Origin: Deltaproteobacteria bacterium
GTDB lineage: Bacteria; Desulfobacterota; Desulfobacteria; Desulfobacterales; UBA11574
Assembly (NCBI GenBank): GCA_019308685.1
Contig: JAFDHQ010000003.1
Coordinates: 1-50,118 of the forward strand
DNA length: 50,118 bases
Reading direction: 5' to 3'
Shown: one piece after another, positions 1 to 9,782 of the stretch
How positions within the stretch are numbered: position 1 is the first letter of the stretch
Layout: each line of letters begins with the position of its first letter
The notes under the pieces: model-generated
Seen by the model: only the letters and a program-made list of their open reading frames with translations
What the model was told of the DNA's origin: nothing
Database searches by the model: none
Made by a program: the position numbers and the translations under genes

Positions 1-140
1 AAAAGTCCAACTTCTGCGTTGTGCTGCATTTCGCAATCATTCAACGTACAAAAAGTACGCCTCATGATTACAAAATTTGCACGCCTTGAATTTGAACTTT
101 TTACGAAACCGTCTCAATCGGACTTTTTACGAGTTCATCA
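1..140. repeat. ERIC-like/MITE palindromic repeat, subfamily A (cut by window edge)
   Basis: Near-identical to 39091-39202 and to the reverse complement of 44558-44712. Ends in ACTTTTTACGAAACCGTC plus an extra arm GACTTTTTACGAGTTCATCA. Confidence 0.85.
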
Positions 141-218
141 TTCTTTGAAGATTTTAGATGTTTGATTGCAGATGGATTGTTTCATCACATAAAATCTTCA
201 ACCTTCATTAGTTACCCT

Positions 219-907
219 TCACAGTGCTGCAAAAATCGGTTTGCTCTCTTTCATACCGACAAACTCAACCATGTTCGTATGTTCCATATCGGCCAGAAGG
301 TATGAAATTCTTTTAAGGTCAAGCCCGATTTTTTTATGGATATCTCTCACTGAGGTATGTCCATCTTTAACTGCTTGAAAAATCATATTTTTCTGATATT
401 CTCTCTCGAGCATCGAATCGAGTATAGATTCAAAAGTGTCCGTATCCCACCGGCGCCCGAACACATCTCCTTTTGTCGTGATCTTTAATTCTTTTCCGAG
501 CATCCATCTGAGTGTTTCTCCGGCCAGGGTCGACTCCGCTGCAGCAAGTTCAAAAGCAAACGCTTGGGTGTCGAATTTCCCCTGAGCCTTAACCGAATCG
601 ATTGCATTTGTAACAATTTCTACAAACCGCTGAGCTTCAGCCGAGGAAACCCAGGCCAGATGCAGCCTGTCTTTGCCGATACCGGCGATGTCCAACAATT
701 TTTGAGTTAAACGGATCTTCTTTTCGGCCTGAACATTACCCTCCAGGTAATGGCAATCACCGAAATGTCACCCGGCCCCGAACACATGACGCGCACGGCT
801 CTTATATTGGGTGGGTACTGCAATCGGGATACACCTGCCAGATCGGCACCGGCATACGCACACCAGTTACATAGAAAAGCAACTACTCTTGGCTCAAACT
901 CTTCCAT
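219..907 (-). pseudogene. mvhD: MvhD-family [2Fe-2S] subunit with Sec (G-U-H-F-G-D-C-H-Y) and a C-terminal extension; broken by an internal ~61 nt deletion/frameshift
   Basis: ATG 907 gives [25 protein letters not shown]...RVMCSG. A frame change at 777/776 leads to AG-TGA(770-768)[11 protein letters not shown]...LLDIAGIGKDRL, in frame with ORF 219-698. About 20 codons present in the paralogue at 23364 are missing. Could be an assembly error. Confidence 0.8.
734..752 (-). promoter_or_regulatory. SECIS-like hairpin for mvhD TGA 770-768
   Basis: mRNA CAUUACC-UGGAG-GGUAAUG is a perfect 7-bp stem starting 16 nt after the UGA. It extends outward by UUCGGU/GCCGAA pairing. Confidence 0.7.
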
Positions 908-992
908 AATTTTCACCTTTCACTTACTTTGGCTCATTATAAAAATTGCAAGCTATTATCTAACCCGGACGAAACGTGAAAGTTACTCAAAT

Positions 993-1102
993 TTAAAGTG
1001 AACTAAAGTGAGCTAAAGTTTAGGAGTCGCTATGCTCCGGCTGTTTATATTTAATTAACAGAATTCCACAACTTTAGTCATTTTAGCTCACTTTAGTCAC
1101 TT
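993..1102. repeat. Intergenic element: inverted arrays of (A/G)CTAAAGTG-type decamers around a conserved core
   Basis: TAAAGTG AACTAAAGTG AGCTAAAGTT ... AACTTTAGTCA TTTTAGCTCA CTTTAGTCAC TT. Core 1024-1067 resembles 28474-28517. Confidence 0.65.
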
Positions 1103-1112
1103 CACACTCCAT

Positions 1113-4100
1113 TTACACTGCTGCACAAACCGAAGCCACGATTTGCCGATCCCGGAAATGGAGCATATCGATGGCCTGCTGAGGACACGAAGCAGCACAC
1201 AGCCCGCACCCTTTGCAGGAGGCCGAAATATTCTGTGCCCGATATCCCGTGCCTTCAATTTCATTAAGCAGTATGGCGTTAAACGCACAAACTTCCGTAC
1301 AAAGACCGCACCCGATGCATTTTTCAGCATCTACCTGAGATACCAGCGGAGAAATCTGAACCGTACCTTTTGCAAGTATCGTAACGGCTCTGCTTACCGC
1401 CGCCATGGCCTGGGAAATGCTCTCTTCTATGGCTTTGGGATAATGGGCCAGACCGCACAGAAAAATACCATCGGTTGCAAAATCAACAGGACGCAATTTG
1501 GCATGGGCTTCCATAAAAAAGTTTTCGGTATTGAGCGGAATTTTATAGAACTCGGAAATCTTATGGTTTTGAGCCGGCTCAATGGCCGTCGCCAGATTCA
1601 CGTAGTCTGCTTTTATCCTTAGATCCTTTTGCAAAATCGGATCAAACACATCGACTTGAAGACCATTTTCTATTTCCGAAACCTTGGGTTTATTATCCGG
1701 CGAATATCGTACAAACACCACTCCCATCTCTCTGGCTTTTTTATAAAGATACTCTTTTTCGCCATGAGTTCGAATATCACGATAAAGGATAAATACTTTT
1801 GTATCCGGGTTACTTTGTTTTATGGAAATCGCTTGTGATATGGAAGCCGTACAACAAATCCTGGAACAGTAAGGTCGGTTTTCGTCCCGTGATCCCACAC
1901 ACTGGATAAATACAACAATTTCTGCATTCTTTAATTTTTCAGGAGCATGTTCCAGATCATGCCAGCGGGTCACCCTGGGATTTTTACCGAAAAGGTATTC
2001 ATCCGTATCAGCCGCCTTTCCGCCGATTGCAACCATGACAACCCCGTGTTCCACGGTCTTTGTCTGGTTTCCTACAGCCACCTGGGTTTCAAAGTTGCCC
2101 ACAAACCCGGAGGCGCCGACCACCTCGGCGTTTCGCAACACCTCTATATTTGAATGCTGCTCAACTTTATCCACCAGATCGGAAAGGTATTCTTGAATGT
2201 CCTGTCCCTGCCAGGTCTTGGTAAGATCCCTTGCCGCTCCGCCGAGAACGGACGATTTTTCCACTATGACCGCCGGAAAACCCTGTTCCGCAAAACCCAG
2301 AGCCGTGGTCATACCGGCGACACCCCCACCGATAATCAGCACAGACGGATTAATATCCACCGAGATCTCGGGGATGGGTTCCAGCAAAGAAGCCCGGGCA
2401 ACAGCCATCCGAACCAGATCTTTGGATTTTTCCGTGGCATTTTCTTTGTCATCCGAATGCACCCATGTGCACTGGTTCCGGATATTGGCCATGTCAAACA
2501 GATATTCATTTAGGCCTGCATTACGTATGGTCTCCTGAAATAACGGTTCATGGGTTCGAGGAGTACATGCCGCCACAACAATTCGATTTAAGTTCTGTTC
2601 CTTGATCACTTCTGCCATTTTGTCTTGAGTGTCCTGGCTGCAGGTAAAAAGATTCTCCTCCACATACGCAACATTGGGCAGTCCCTTGGCATATTCAACG
2701 ATGGCCGGAACATCAGCAATTCCGCCGATATTGATACCGCAATTACACACAAAAATTCCGATGCAAGGTTCCTCGCCGGTGATATCCGTTTCATCCGGAA
2801 ATGCTTTCTCTGTGACCAGAGAGCCCCGTGCCGGCGCCAGATTCACACCGGCACTGCAAGCTGCGGCACTGGCTTCCATCACAGATTCGGGGATATCCTT
2901 GGGGCCCTGAAAAGCACCGCAGACAAATATGCCGTCTCTGGATGTTGCAAAAGGCTGTAGATCTTTGGTTTCGCAAAAATTTCCTTGGGTCAGATCAATT
3001 CCGAGGTCATTTGCAAGATCGATGGTTTCCTGCGATATTTCCATGCCTACAGACAATACGATCATATCGAAAATTTCTTTTTTCTCTTCTCCGCTTTCCA
3101 TCACATACCGGACCTCAAGGTCATCGGTTCCGGGAACCCGGTCTATGGTATGAACCCGCGACCGGATAAAGCGAACCCCATGCTTGTCTTTGGCATCGTT
3201 GTAATATTTTTCAAAATCTTTGCCCGGGGTACGCATATCCATGAAAAAGATGGCACAATCCAGATCATAATCCGCATGCTCTTTGGCAATTACCGCCTCC
3301 TTAACGGCATACATGCAGCACACGGAAGAGCAGTACGGATTGTCACAGCGGTTAAGATCTCTGGAACCGACGCATTGGAACCAGGCAATTTTCTTGGGCT
3401 CTTTTTTATCCGAAATTCGGGTAAGATGCCCCATAAATGGGCCTGTGGCGGAAAGGATTCGTTCAAATTCCGTGGAAGTGATAATATTGGGATGGTGGGC
3501 GTAATTGTAATTATCATACTTTGAAGGATCAAAAGGCTGAAAACCCGGTGCCAAAACAACAGAACCCACATTGATCGTTGTCGTTTCTTCCTGTTGAGCG
3601 TGCGTGTCAAGAGTGACGGCTTTCGCCTCACAGACCGTCACACATTGGTAGCATTCACAGCAGCCGCTGCAATTCAGACAGCGATCGGCTTCTTTTTTGG
3701 CGGATTCCTCATCCGCGCAAAGATTGACTTCTTCGAAACCCAAGATCCTTTTTTCCACCGGCAACGTCGGAGTTTTTAATCGATCTTTGGTGGGTTCGTC
3801 TTTGGGCGGCGCGACCCAGTTTGTCCCCATGGGTGGCTCCTCCTGCCATTCCGTGGGCAGTTCTTCACCCTTCAAATATTTGGCGATATATTTAGCGACT
3901 CTTTGGCCGGCCTCAACCGCCTCGATAACCGTGGCAGGACCGCTGATCACATCACCACCGGCAAATATATCCGGTATATTTGTCTGGAGAGTTTCAGGAT
4001 TAACCTCCAGAAGGTTCCATTTGGAAACTTTCAAGTCCTGTGCTTTGGCAAGATTGCCGAGATCGGGCTCCTGGCCGATGGCCGGAATGACATAATCCGC

Positions 4101-5597
4101 CTCAATGAAAAATTCCGAACCTTCGATGGGAATCGGTCTGCGCCGACCGGTGGTGTCTTTTTCCGTCAAACGGGTCCGAATACATTCGATTCCGCTAACC
4201 TTCTCGTTTTTACTGGAGATACTTACGGGAGCCGCCAGAAAATGAATCTTTACTCCCTCTTTCTCGGCCTCTTCCACTTCTTCGGGCTCAGCGAGCATTT
4301 CCTTTCGGGATCGGCGGTAAAGGATATGCGCCTCGCTGGCACCGATCCGAAGTGCCACCTGGGCGGCATCCAGTGCAGAATGGCCGCCTCCGATGACAAC
4401 TACCTTTCCCTCCAGTTTTTTTAAATTCCCCAGATGAACTTCTCGTAAAAAGGCGGTAACATCGGAAACACCCTGGGAAGTTTCTTCCCCGGGAATTCTG
4501 AGTTTCAGCCCTTTCCAGGCACCGATAGCCAGAAAAATAGCACTGGCGCCATGTTTCCGAAGCTCTTCAAGAGTGATATCTCTGCCAATAACGGTATCGG
4601 TATGAATTTGAATTCCGTATCGTTTGAGATTATCGATCTCTCCATCCAGTACCGTTCGGGGCAGGCGGTGTTCGGGAATGCCGTATCGCATCATTCCACC
4701 GGGTTCGGGCATGGACTCGTATACACTGACCGGGTATCCGTCTAATGCCAGAAAATAGGCGGCGGTCAGCCCGGCAGGACCAGAGCCGACAATGGCCACT
4801 TTTTCATTTCTGGACGTAATTTCCGGTACCGGGATATCACTTAGATCCACATGATCCGCGGCCACCCGTTTTAGTTCCCGTATGGAAATCGCCTCGTCCA
4901 CTTCAAGGCGACGGCAGCTTTTTTCACAACGATGGGGACAGATACGGCCAAGTATGCCGGGAAAAGGCAGATCCTGCATGATGATCTCCACAGCCTCCCG
5001 GTACTTACCCATCTTTACCATGGCCACATATCCCTGAACATTTAGATTCGCCGGACAGGCCATCCTGCATGGTGCCGTATCGATCTTCTCTATGGCAAAG
5101 GCGCCGGGAATGGCCTGGGCATAAGGTTTGTAAACCGCCTTGCGGTCCACCAGCTCCGTATCATATTCGCTGGGCCTGGTTACCGGGCAAACTTCTACAC
5201 AATCACCACAGGCAGTGCATTTATCCGTATCGATATAGCGGGGGGTTTTGTGGAGGGTTACCTGAAAGTTTCCATTCTGCCCGTCAATCTTTTCAATATT
5301 TGAACAGGTATGAAGTTCGATGTTTATATGCCGGCCGACCTCGACCAGTTTGGGTGAGATAATTCACATACTGCAGTCATTGGTGGGAAATGTCTTGTCC
5401 AGCTGAGCCATTACACCTCCAATGGCCGGAGATTTTTCCACCAGATGAACATAATAACCGGAATCCGCCAGATCAAGGGACGCCTGCATGCCGGCGATTC
5501 CGCCGCCAAGCACCATGACCGAACCGACGAGATCTTTTCCGTTTGTTTTAGTGGATGTATTTTCCTTCTGACGGTTTGTATGCTCCATTTTTTCCAT
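1113..5597 (-). CDS. hdrA: HdrL-type selenoprotein: tandem HdrA with inserted GltD/NfnB-like NAD(P)H:flavin module, ~1494 aa, Sec at residue 78
   Basis: ORF 5364-5597 ends [15 protein letters not shown] and continues in frame without stops ([12 protein letters not shown]...[12 protein letters not shown]) into ORF 1113-5150. Paralogues have Cys at this site (DCSTC, DCAAC). Motifs: [55 protein letters not shown], two C-terminal ferredoxin motifs. Confidence 0.92.
5331..5348 (-). promoter_or_regulatory. SECIS-like hairpin for hdrA TGA 5366-5364
   Basis: mRNA CUGGUCG-AGGU-CGGCCGG (with G-U pairs), starting 16 nt after the UGA, GG in the loop. Confidence 0.6.
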
Positions 5598-5612
5598 CCT
5601 TTATTTTCTATC

Positions 5613-5758
5613 TAGTGTCCATCCAGAAATGGTAGATTTTGGTTTGCGGCAAGGCCCGAGCGAGTTTTCAACCGCAGGCATAGCAAGCTATGTCGAGGAT
5701 TGAAAACGAGCGAGAACGCCGCCGGGGGCCGAAAGATGCCGTTTATGGATGGACATTA
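5613..5758. repeat. ERIC-like/MITE repeat, subfamily B (146 bp, TA...TA)
   Basis: Terminal inverted repeats TAGTGTCCATCCAGAAATGG / CCGTTTATGGATGGACATTA. Core ACCGCAGGCATAG-CAAG-CTATGTCGAGGATT. Overlaps the metF-like stop codon. Confidence 0.8.
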
Positions 5759-6618
5759 TCTATTATCTCCGGAAGCTTGTGCTCCCATCCAATAGTTGCC
5801 ATGTTTACGCCGCTGAATCCTTCTTCTTTTAACGATGTAACCATTTCTGATGCAATCAGAGTACACTCTCGAACCTTGTCAGGGGATTTTCCGATACGGT
5901 CAATCAGAGAATCAGGGATAAAAACATTATCCACATTACGCATGATGTAACGGGCCATTCCTAAAGATTTGAGCAGCAACACCGTGGGAATGATTTTAAT
6001 TTTCTCTGTTTCCACCCGTTTCATGAACGGCTGGATGGCGGAAAGATCGAATAACGGCGGGGAGATGAAAAATTGGGCGCCGGCCTCAATTTTTTTGTTC
6101 ATCTCTTCAATCTCCAGTTCAATGGATTTTCCCTTGGCCCCTGCATCAACCGTGGATCCCACCAAGAACTCGGGGGAACCCGTTAGTTCGATTCCGGCCA
6201 TGTCCTTTCCTTGCTCGAGCCCGCGAATTGCGCTGAGTAACTCCAGAAGGTTGATGTCATATACGGATCTTGCCTGAAAGTGGTCTCCAAAGCTGGGATC
6301 TTCTCCGGTAACCGCCATAACGTTTGTAACACCGCATCCATAAGCTGCCAGAAGATCCGCTTGAAGAGCGATTCGGTTCCTGTCTCTGCAGTTGACCTGC
6401 ATGACAGTTTCCATTCCTTTTCCCTGCAGAATCATGGCCCCTCCAAGGGCACTCATGCGCATGACAGCGTTACTCATTTCAGGCACCACAAAGGCATCTA
6501 CCTCCCCCTTGACTTTCATGGCGTTCGTCACCATAGTGGAAACATCTATCCCTTTGGGGGGTTCCATTTCCGCAAGGATAGCAAATTCCCTTGCTTCGAA
6601 TTTGCGCTTTAAATGCAT
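5743..6618 (-). CDS. metF: Methylenetetrahydrofolate reductase (MetF)-like flavoprotein, divergent active site
   Basis: AEMEPPKG, AVMRMS, CRDRNRIALQADLL, GDH, KKIEAGAQFF. ATG 6618 preceded by GGAGG. Confidence 0.75.
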   Translation of the reverse strand: MHLKRKFEAREFAILAEMEPPKGIDVSTMVTNAMKVKGEVDAFVVPEMSNAVMRMSALGGAMILQGKGMETVMQVNCRDRNRIALQADLLAAYGCGVTNVMAVTGEDPSFGDHFQARSVYDINLLELLSAIRGLEQGKDMAGIELTGSPEFLVGSTVDAGAKGKSIELEIEEMNKKIEAGAQFFISPPLFDLSAIQPFMKRVETEKIKIIPTVLLLKSLGMARYIMRNVDNVFIPDSLIDRIGKSPDKVRECTLIASEMVTSLKEEGFSGVNMATIGWEHKLPEIIDNVHP

Positions 6619-6700
6619 AGGCTTTCCTCCGATTTTCAACTTAAAAAACAAAAAACAGCTTATGAATCATTGAGTTTTCAGAGTTTACGGATGTAGTATG

Positions 6701-6716
6701 AGCAACAACTGTGCCA
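6701..6716 (-). promoter_or_regulatory. sigma54 -24/-12 promoter for metF-hdrA-mvhD
   Basis: Minus strand TGGCAC-AGTTG-TTGCT (GG-N10-GC), about 80 bp upstream of the metF ATG. Confidence 0.85.
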
Positions 6717-6826
6717 GGAGGATATAATTTTGATAAATATAAATAAATGACTATTATATCATATACATAGACAATTATTTGTTGCCATGACCGAAAATAT
6801 TTTAAGATTTGATTTCACGGGGCTAT

Positions 6827-6919
6827 TGTGCCAATTTGGCACATGTGTTATACATGTAGAGAGCAAATCAGTGATTGAGCAACAATTTGTGCCATTTTAG
6901 AACAGTCCCTTTTGGGACA
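6827..6919. promoter_or_regulatory. Putative enhancer (UAS) sites for a sigma54 activator
   Basis: Perfect palindrome TGTGCCAA-T-TTGGCACA (6827-6843), a related site TGTGCCATTTTAGAACA (6888-6904) and AGTCCCTTTTGGGACA (6904-6919). They lie 110-200 bp upstream of the sigma54 promoter, beyond an AT-rich spacer. Confidence 0.65.
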
Positions 6920-6942
6920 GAGACCGGAAAGGGGATGGTTGA

Positions 6943-8313
6943 ATGCAGAATCAAATAATTATTATTGATGATGATACCGATTACCTTGAAATCATCAAAG
7001 GGCAGTTGCTCAAGTCCGGTTTTAAAAATATATACACCGAAGACAATCCCATGGAAGCGGCGTCTCTTTTTGAAGAGGGAAACGTTTTCGATATCGCGCT
7101 GGTGGATATGACCATGCCGGAAATGGATGGACTGGAACTTCTTGAGATAATTAAAAACATAAGTCCAAGAACCGAATGCATCATGGCTACCGCCGTTAAC
7201 GAGGCCCGAATTGCAGTGGAATGTCTTAACAAAGGGGCTTATGACTATCTGGTAAAGCCTATCTCCCAGGGAGACCTTGTATTTTCCATGAAACGAGCCA
7301 TGGAAAAAAAGCGTCTAATTGATATTCTGGATATAGAAAAAAGCCAAACATTGCCCCAACTGGTGAACAAAAAACCTTTCAAACCGATTATCACCCGGTC
7401 TCAAAAGGTTCTAAGGGTTTTAAAGGAAGCGGAATTGCATGCCGGTAGTGATGTTCCTCTTTTAATTACCGGTGAGAGTGGTACGGGTAAGGAACTTCTG
7501 GCATGGGCAATTCATGCCGCAAGCCCCAGATCAGAATATCCCTTTACACCGGTCAATATGGCTTCACTCACCGGCAGCCTTTTTGAAGCTGAATTTTTCG
7601 GTCACACAAAAGGCGCTTTCACCGGTGCTCAAAATGGCCGCTCCGGCTATCTGGAATACACCAATCAAGGAACCATGTTTTTAGATGAAATCGGTGATCT
7701 CCCCATAGAGATTCAGGGTAAGTTTTTGCGCGTTTTACAGGATGGGGAATACCTTAAACTGGGGACCAACGTTCATCAGAAAGCGGACGTACGATTTATC
7801 GCGGCGACCAACAAAGATCTGGAAAAAATGATGGCCAAAAAAGTTTTTCGGAAAGATTTATATTATCGTGTCCGGGGGGGATGGCTTCATCTGCCTCCCT
7901 TGAGAGAAAGAAAAGAGGATATTCCGCTCTTGGCCGACAAATTTTTACAAGATTGCGACGGTTTCGCTAAAAATCAAAACATTGAAGAAGAAACCATGTG
8001 CCTGCTTATGGAGCATGACTATCCCGGGAATGTCAGGGAACTCAGATCGATAATCCAGTCCGCTGTAAATCTGGCACAGGGGAAACCCATCTTATCAGAT
8101 TTTCTTCCCGCGCATTTAAAAAAGCGCAAATCCATATCAACATGCCTGCCCCGCCCCGTGTCAGACCATATTGCACCCCTTGCACAAATTGAACAATCCC
8201 ACATTATTCGGGCGTATAAGCTGACAGGCCGAAACAAATCCCAAACCGCCAGGCTTCTTGGAATAGGTTTGAACACCCTCCGAAGAAAGCTTAAATCGTA
8301 TGGACTGATGTAA
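6943..8313 (+). CDS. sigma54-dependent response regulator (REC-AAA+-Fis HTH, NtrC family)
   Basis: IIDDD..VDMTMP..KP receiver; GESGTGKE, GAFTGA, FLDEIGD, PGNVREL; C-terminal HTH. Confidence 0.95.
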   Translation: MQNQIIIIDDDTDYLEIIKGQLLKSGFKNIYTEDNPMEAASLFEEGNVFDIALVDMTMPEMDGLELLEIIKNISPRTECIMATAVNEARIAVECLNKGAYDYLVKPISQGDLVFSMKRAMEKKRLIDILDIEKSQTLPQLVNKKPFKPIITRSQKVLRVLKEAELHAGSDVPLLITGESGTGKELLAWAIHAASPRSEYPFTPVNMASLTGSLFEAEFFGHTKGAFTGAQNGRSGYLEYTNQGTMFLDEIGDLPIEIQGKFLRVLQDGEYLKLGTNVHQKADVRFIAATNKDLEKMMAKKVFRKDLYYRVRGGWLHLPPLRERKEDIPLLADKFLQDCDGFAKNQNIEEETMCLLMEHDYPGNVRELRSIIQSAVNLAQGKPILSDFLPAHLKKRKSISTCLPRPVSDHIAPLAQIEQSHIIRAYKLTGRNKSQTARLLGIGLNTLRRKLKSYGLM

Positions 8314-8340
8314 TAGTGGAATGATACCTGCCCAAAGGAA

Positions 8341-8409
8341 CAGGCTTTGGTTATCCCCAGCGGGGATTTGCTTTATTGAAAGTTCATTGACTTATTGAAA
8401 TTCCAAATA
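8341..8409. repeat. ~70 bp intergenic repeat, copy 1
   Basis: CAGGCTTTGGTTATCCCCAG...GGATTTG...AAGTTCATTGA.TTATTGAAATT.CAAATA, repeated at 11747-11815. Confidence 0.75.
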
Positions 8410-8462
8410 ACAAATCCCAATAAACAAACAAATGTCAATGACCAAAATTCAAAAATCCAAAC

Positions 8463-8498
8463 AAAAAAACCTCCCGCCGATTTACCGGCAGGAGGTTT
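8463..8498 (-). terminator. Rho-independent terminator after the GcvH-like gene
   Basis: Minus strand AAACCTCCTGCCG-GTAAAT-CGGCGGGAGGTTT followed by a T run. Confidence 0.75.
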
Positions 8499-8543
8499 CC
8501 TATGATTGTTTTATTTTGGATACGGTCACGGCATTATTGCCGA

Positions 8544-9473
8544 TCAGGTCTTAAGAAAAACCTTTATAAACTTGGCCCAGTTTTTCCCTTCAAGTTCTTG
8601 AGAAATGTCTTCAACTGAGACACCACCATCTGCGGCCACCCGCAAATCGTCATTGGCCATGGCAAAAAGCTTTTCCCTTTCCCCATGGATAAAATTACGG
8701 GCCTCCTTGTCGTAATAGAGTCCTTTTAAGTTTTTACGCAGCCGGGTTGGCTCAAGGGTAAATAACCATCCTTTTTCATAGGGAGATTCGTTGATCAGGT
8801 CCGGTTGATCCCGTAGGTAATGGTTCACATTGGCGACAATGCCGTCCATTGGAGAGAGGAGTTTGGCAACGTCTCCATTGCGCCTGACTTGAAATCCTAC
8901 TTCTCCCTGTTTTACTTCCTGGCCAATATTCGGCAGCTCAATCCTCGAGAGTTTTCCGATAAGTTTTTGGGCAAAATCATCCAGCCCCACTCGAACACGC
9001 CCCCCATATTCCGGTTTGGCCCATGTGTGGCCGTCGTGATAATAGAAATCTTCTGCCAGTTCAAAACCGCTTTCCCGGCTTCTTGCATGAACCGGAAGCG
9101 TCTCAGCCTGAAGGCGTTCCTGCATCATCTGGTCAAAAGAACATGTGCCGCATTCATAAGCATTGGGGCATAATTTATGACCCACTTCCCCGGTGATCAT
9201 GTAACGACATTTGCGCCGATTAGCAGGAAGCTGCATCATTTTATCTGCCCAGGTTTCGGTGAATTTATCCGGTACTGCCGCCAACGGTTGTACGGCAACT
9301 TTTTCCTTATACCGGGCAACCCGATCATGCATACCATGGTCGTATACACAGGTAGAGCAATCAAAGTTGTGATCGCACAGTTTATAGGAAACGACCCCGG
9401 CCTCCATCCATACACATTTTTTCTTGCCTGGTGGTACAATTCTCATTGATTCCCTCTTTTTGGTGGCGCCCAT
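8544..9473 (-). CDS. GcvH-like protein lacking the lipoyl lysine, with two N-terminal 4-Cys repeats
   Basis: HTWA..VRVGLDDFAQKLIG..ELP..G..SPMDG..VN..P.LIN.SPYEKGWL matches the GcvH fold. The ESVK turn reads RRNG. RBS GGAGG. Confidence 0.85.
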   Translation of the reverse strand: MGATKKRESMRIVPPGKKKCVWMEAGVVSYKLCDHNFDCSTCVYDHGMHDRVARYKEKVAVQPLAAVPDKFTETWADKMMQLPANRRKCRYMITGEVGHKLCPNAYECGTCSFDQMMQERLQAETLPVHARSRESGFELAEDFYYHDGHTWAKPEYGGRVRVGLDDFAQKLIGKLSRIELPNIGQEVKQGEVGFQVRRNGDVAKLLSPMDGIVANVNHYLRDQPDLINESPYEKGWLFTLEPTRLRKNLKGLYYDKEARNFIHGEREKLFAMANDDLRVAADGGVSVEDISQELEGKNWAKFIKVFLKT

Positions 9474-9537
9474 TTTATTCCCTCCTTTTACTATAATATT
9501 TGATCGGTTTTAATTTTTTTCTTTTACGGTTCTAAAA

Positions 9538-9553
9538 AGCAAACCCTATGCCA
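9538..9553 (-). promoter_or_regulatory. sigma54 -24/-12 promoter for the GcvH-like gene
   Basis: Minus strand TGGCAT-AGGGT-TTGCT. Confidence 0.8.
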
Positions 9554-9653
9554 ATGTGGAATCAGACACGGAACACCTATGGTAACTATTCGTTTTATAT
9601 ATAAAAAAAATTTTCCGGGTGCTTTGACTGAATGATAAACCCATAGAACATAT

Positions 9654-9770
9654 TGCCGAAATAATCGGCAAACTTTATTTGACAAATCATCAAACTATAC
9701 ATAACCATCTATTTATTATACAAAATTATGAATTGCCGAAAAAAAAGACAGGATGTAAAATATTTCGGCA
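9654..9770. promoter_or_regulatory. Three putative 17-bp UAS sites
   Basis: TGCCGAAATAATCGGCA (9654-9670), TGCCGAAAAAAAAGACA (9734-9750), TGTAAAATATTTCGGCA (9754-9770). Confidence 0.65.
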
Positions 9771-9782
9771 TCCATTCAAGGC

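Noticed and set aside
5364-5597. Stand-alone 77-aa ORF, or a nonsense-mutated hdrA
   Set aside because: The TGA is at a conserved Cys with in-frame continuation and a SECIS-like hairpin; Sec read-through explains it better.
8544-9473. Bona fide glycine cleavage H protein (gcvH)
   Set aside because: The lipoyl Lys is absent, there is a long Cys-rich extension, and no gcvP or gcvT is nearby.
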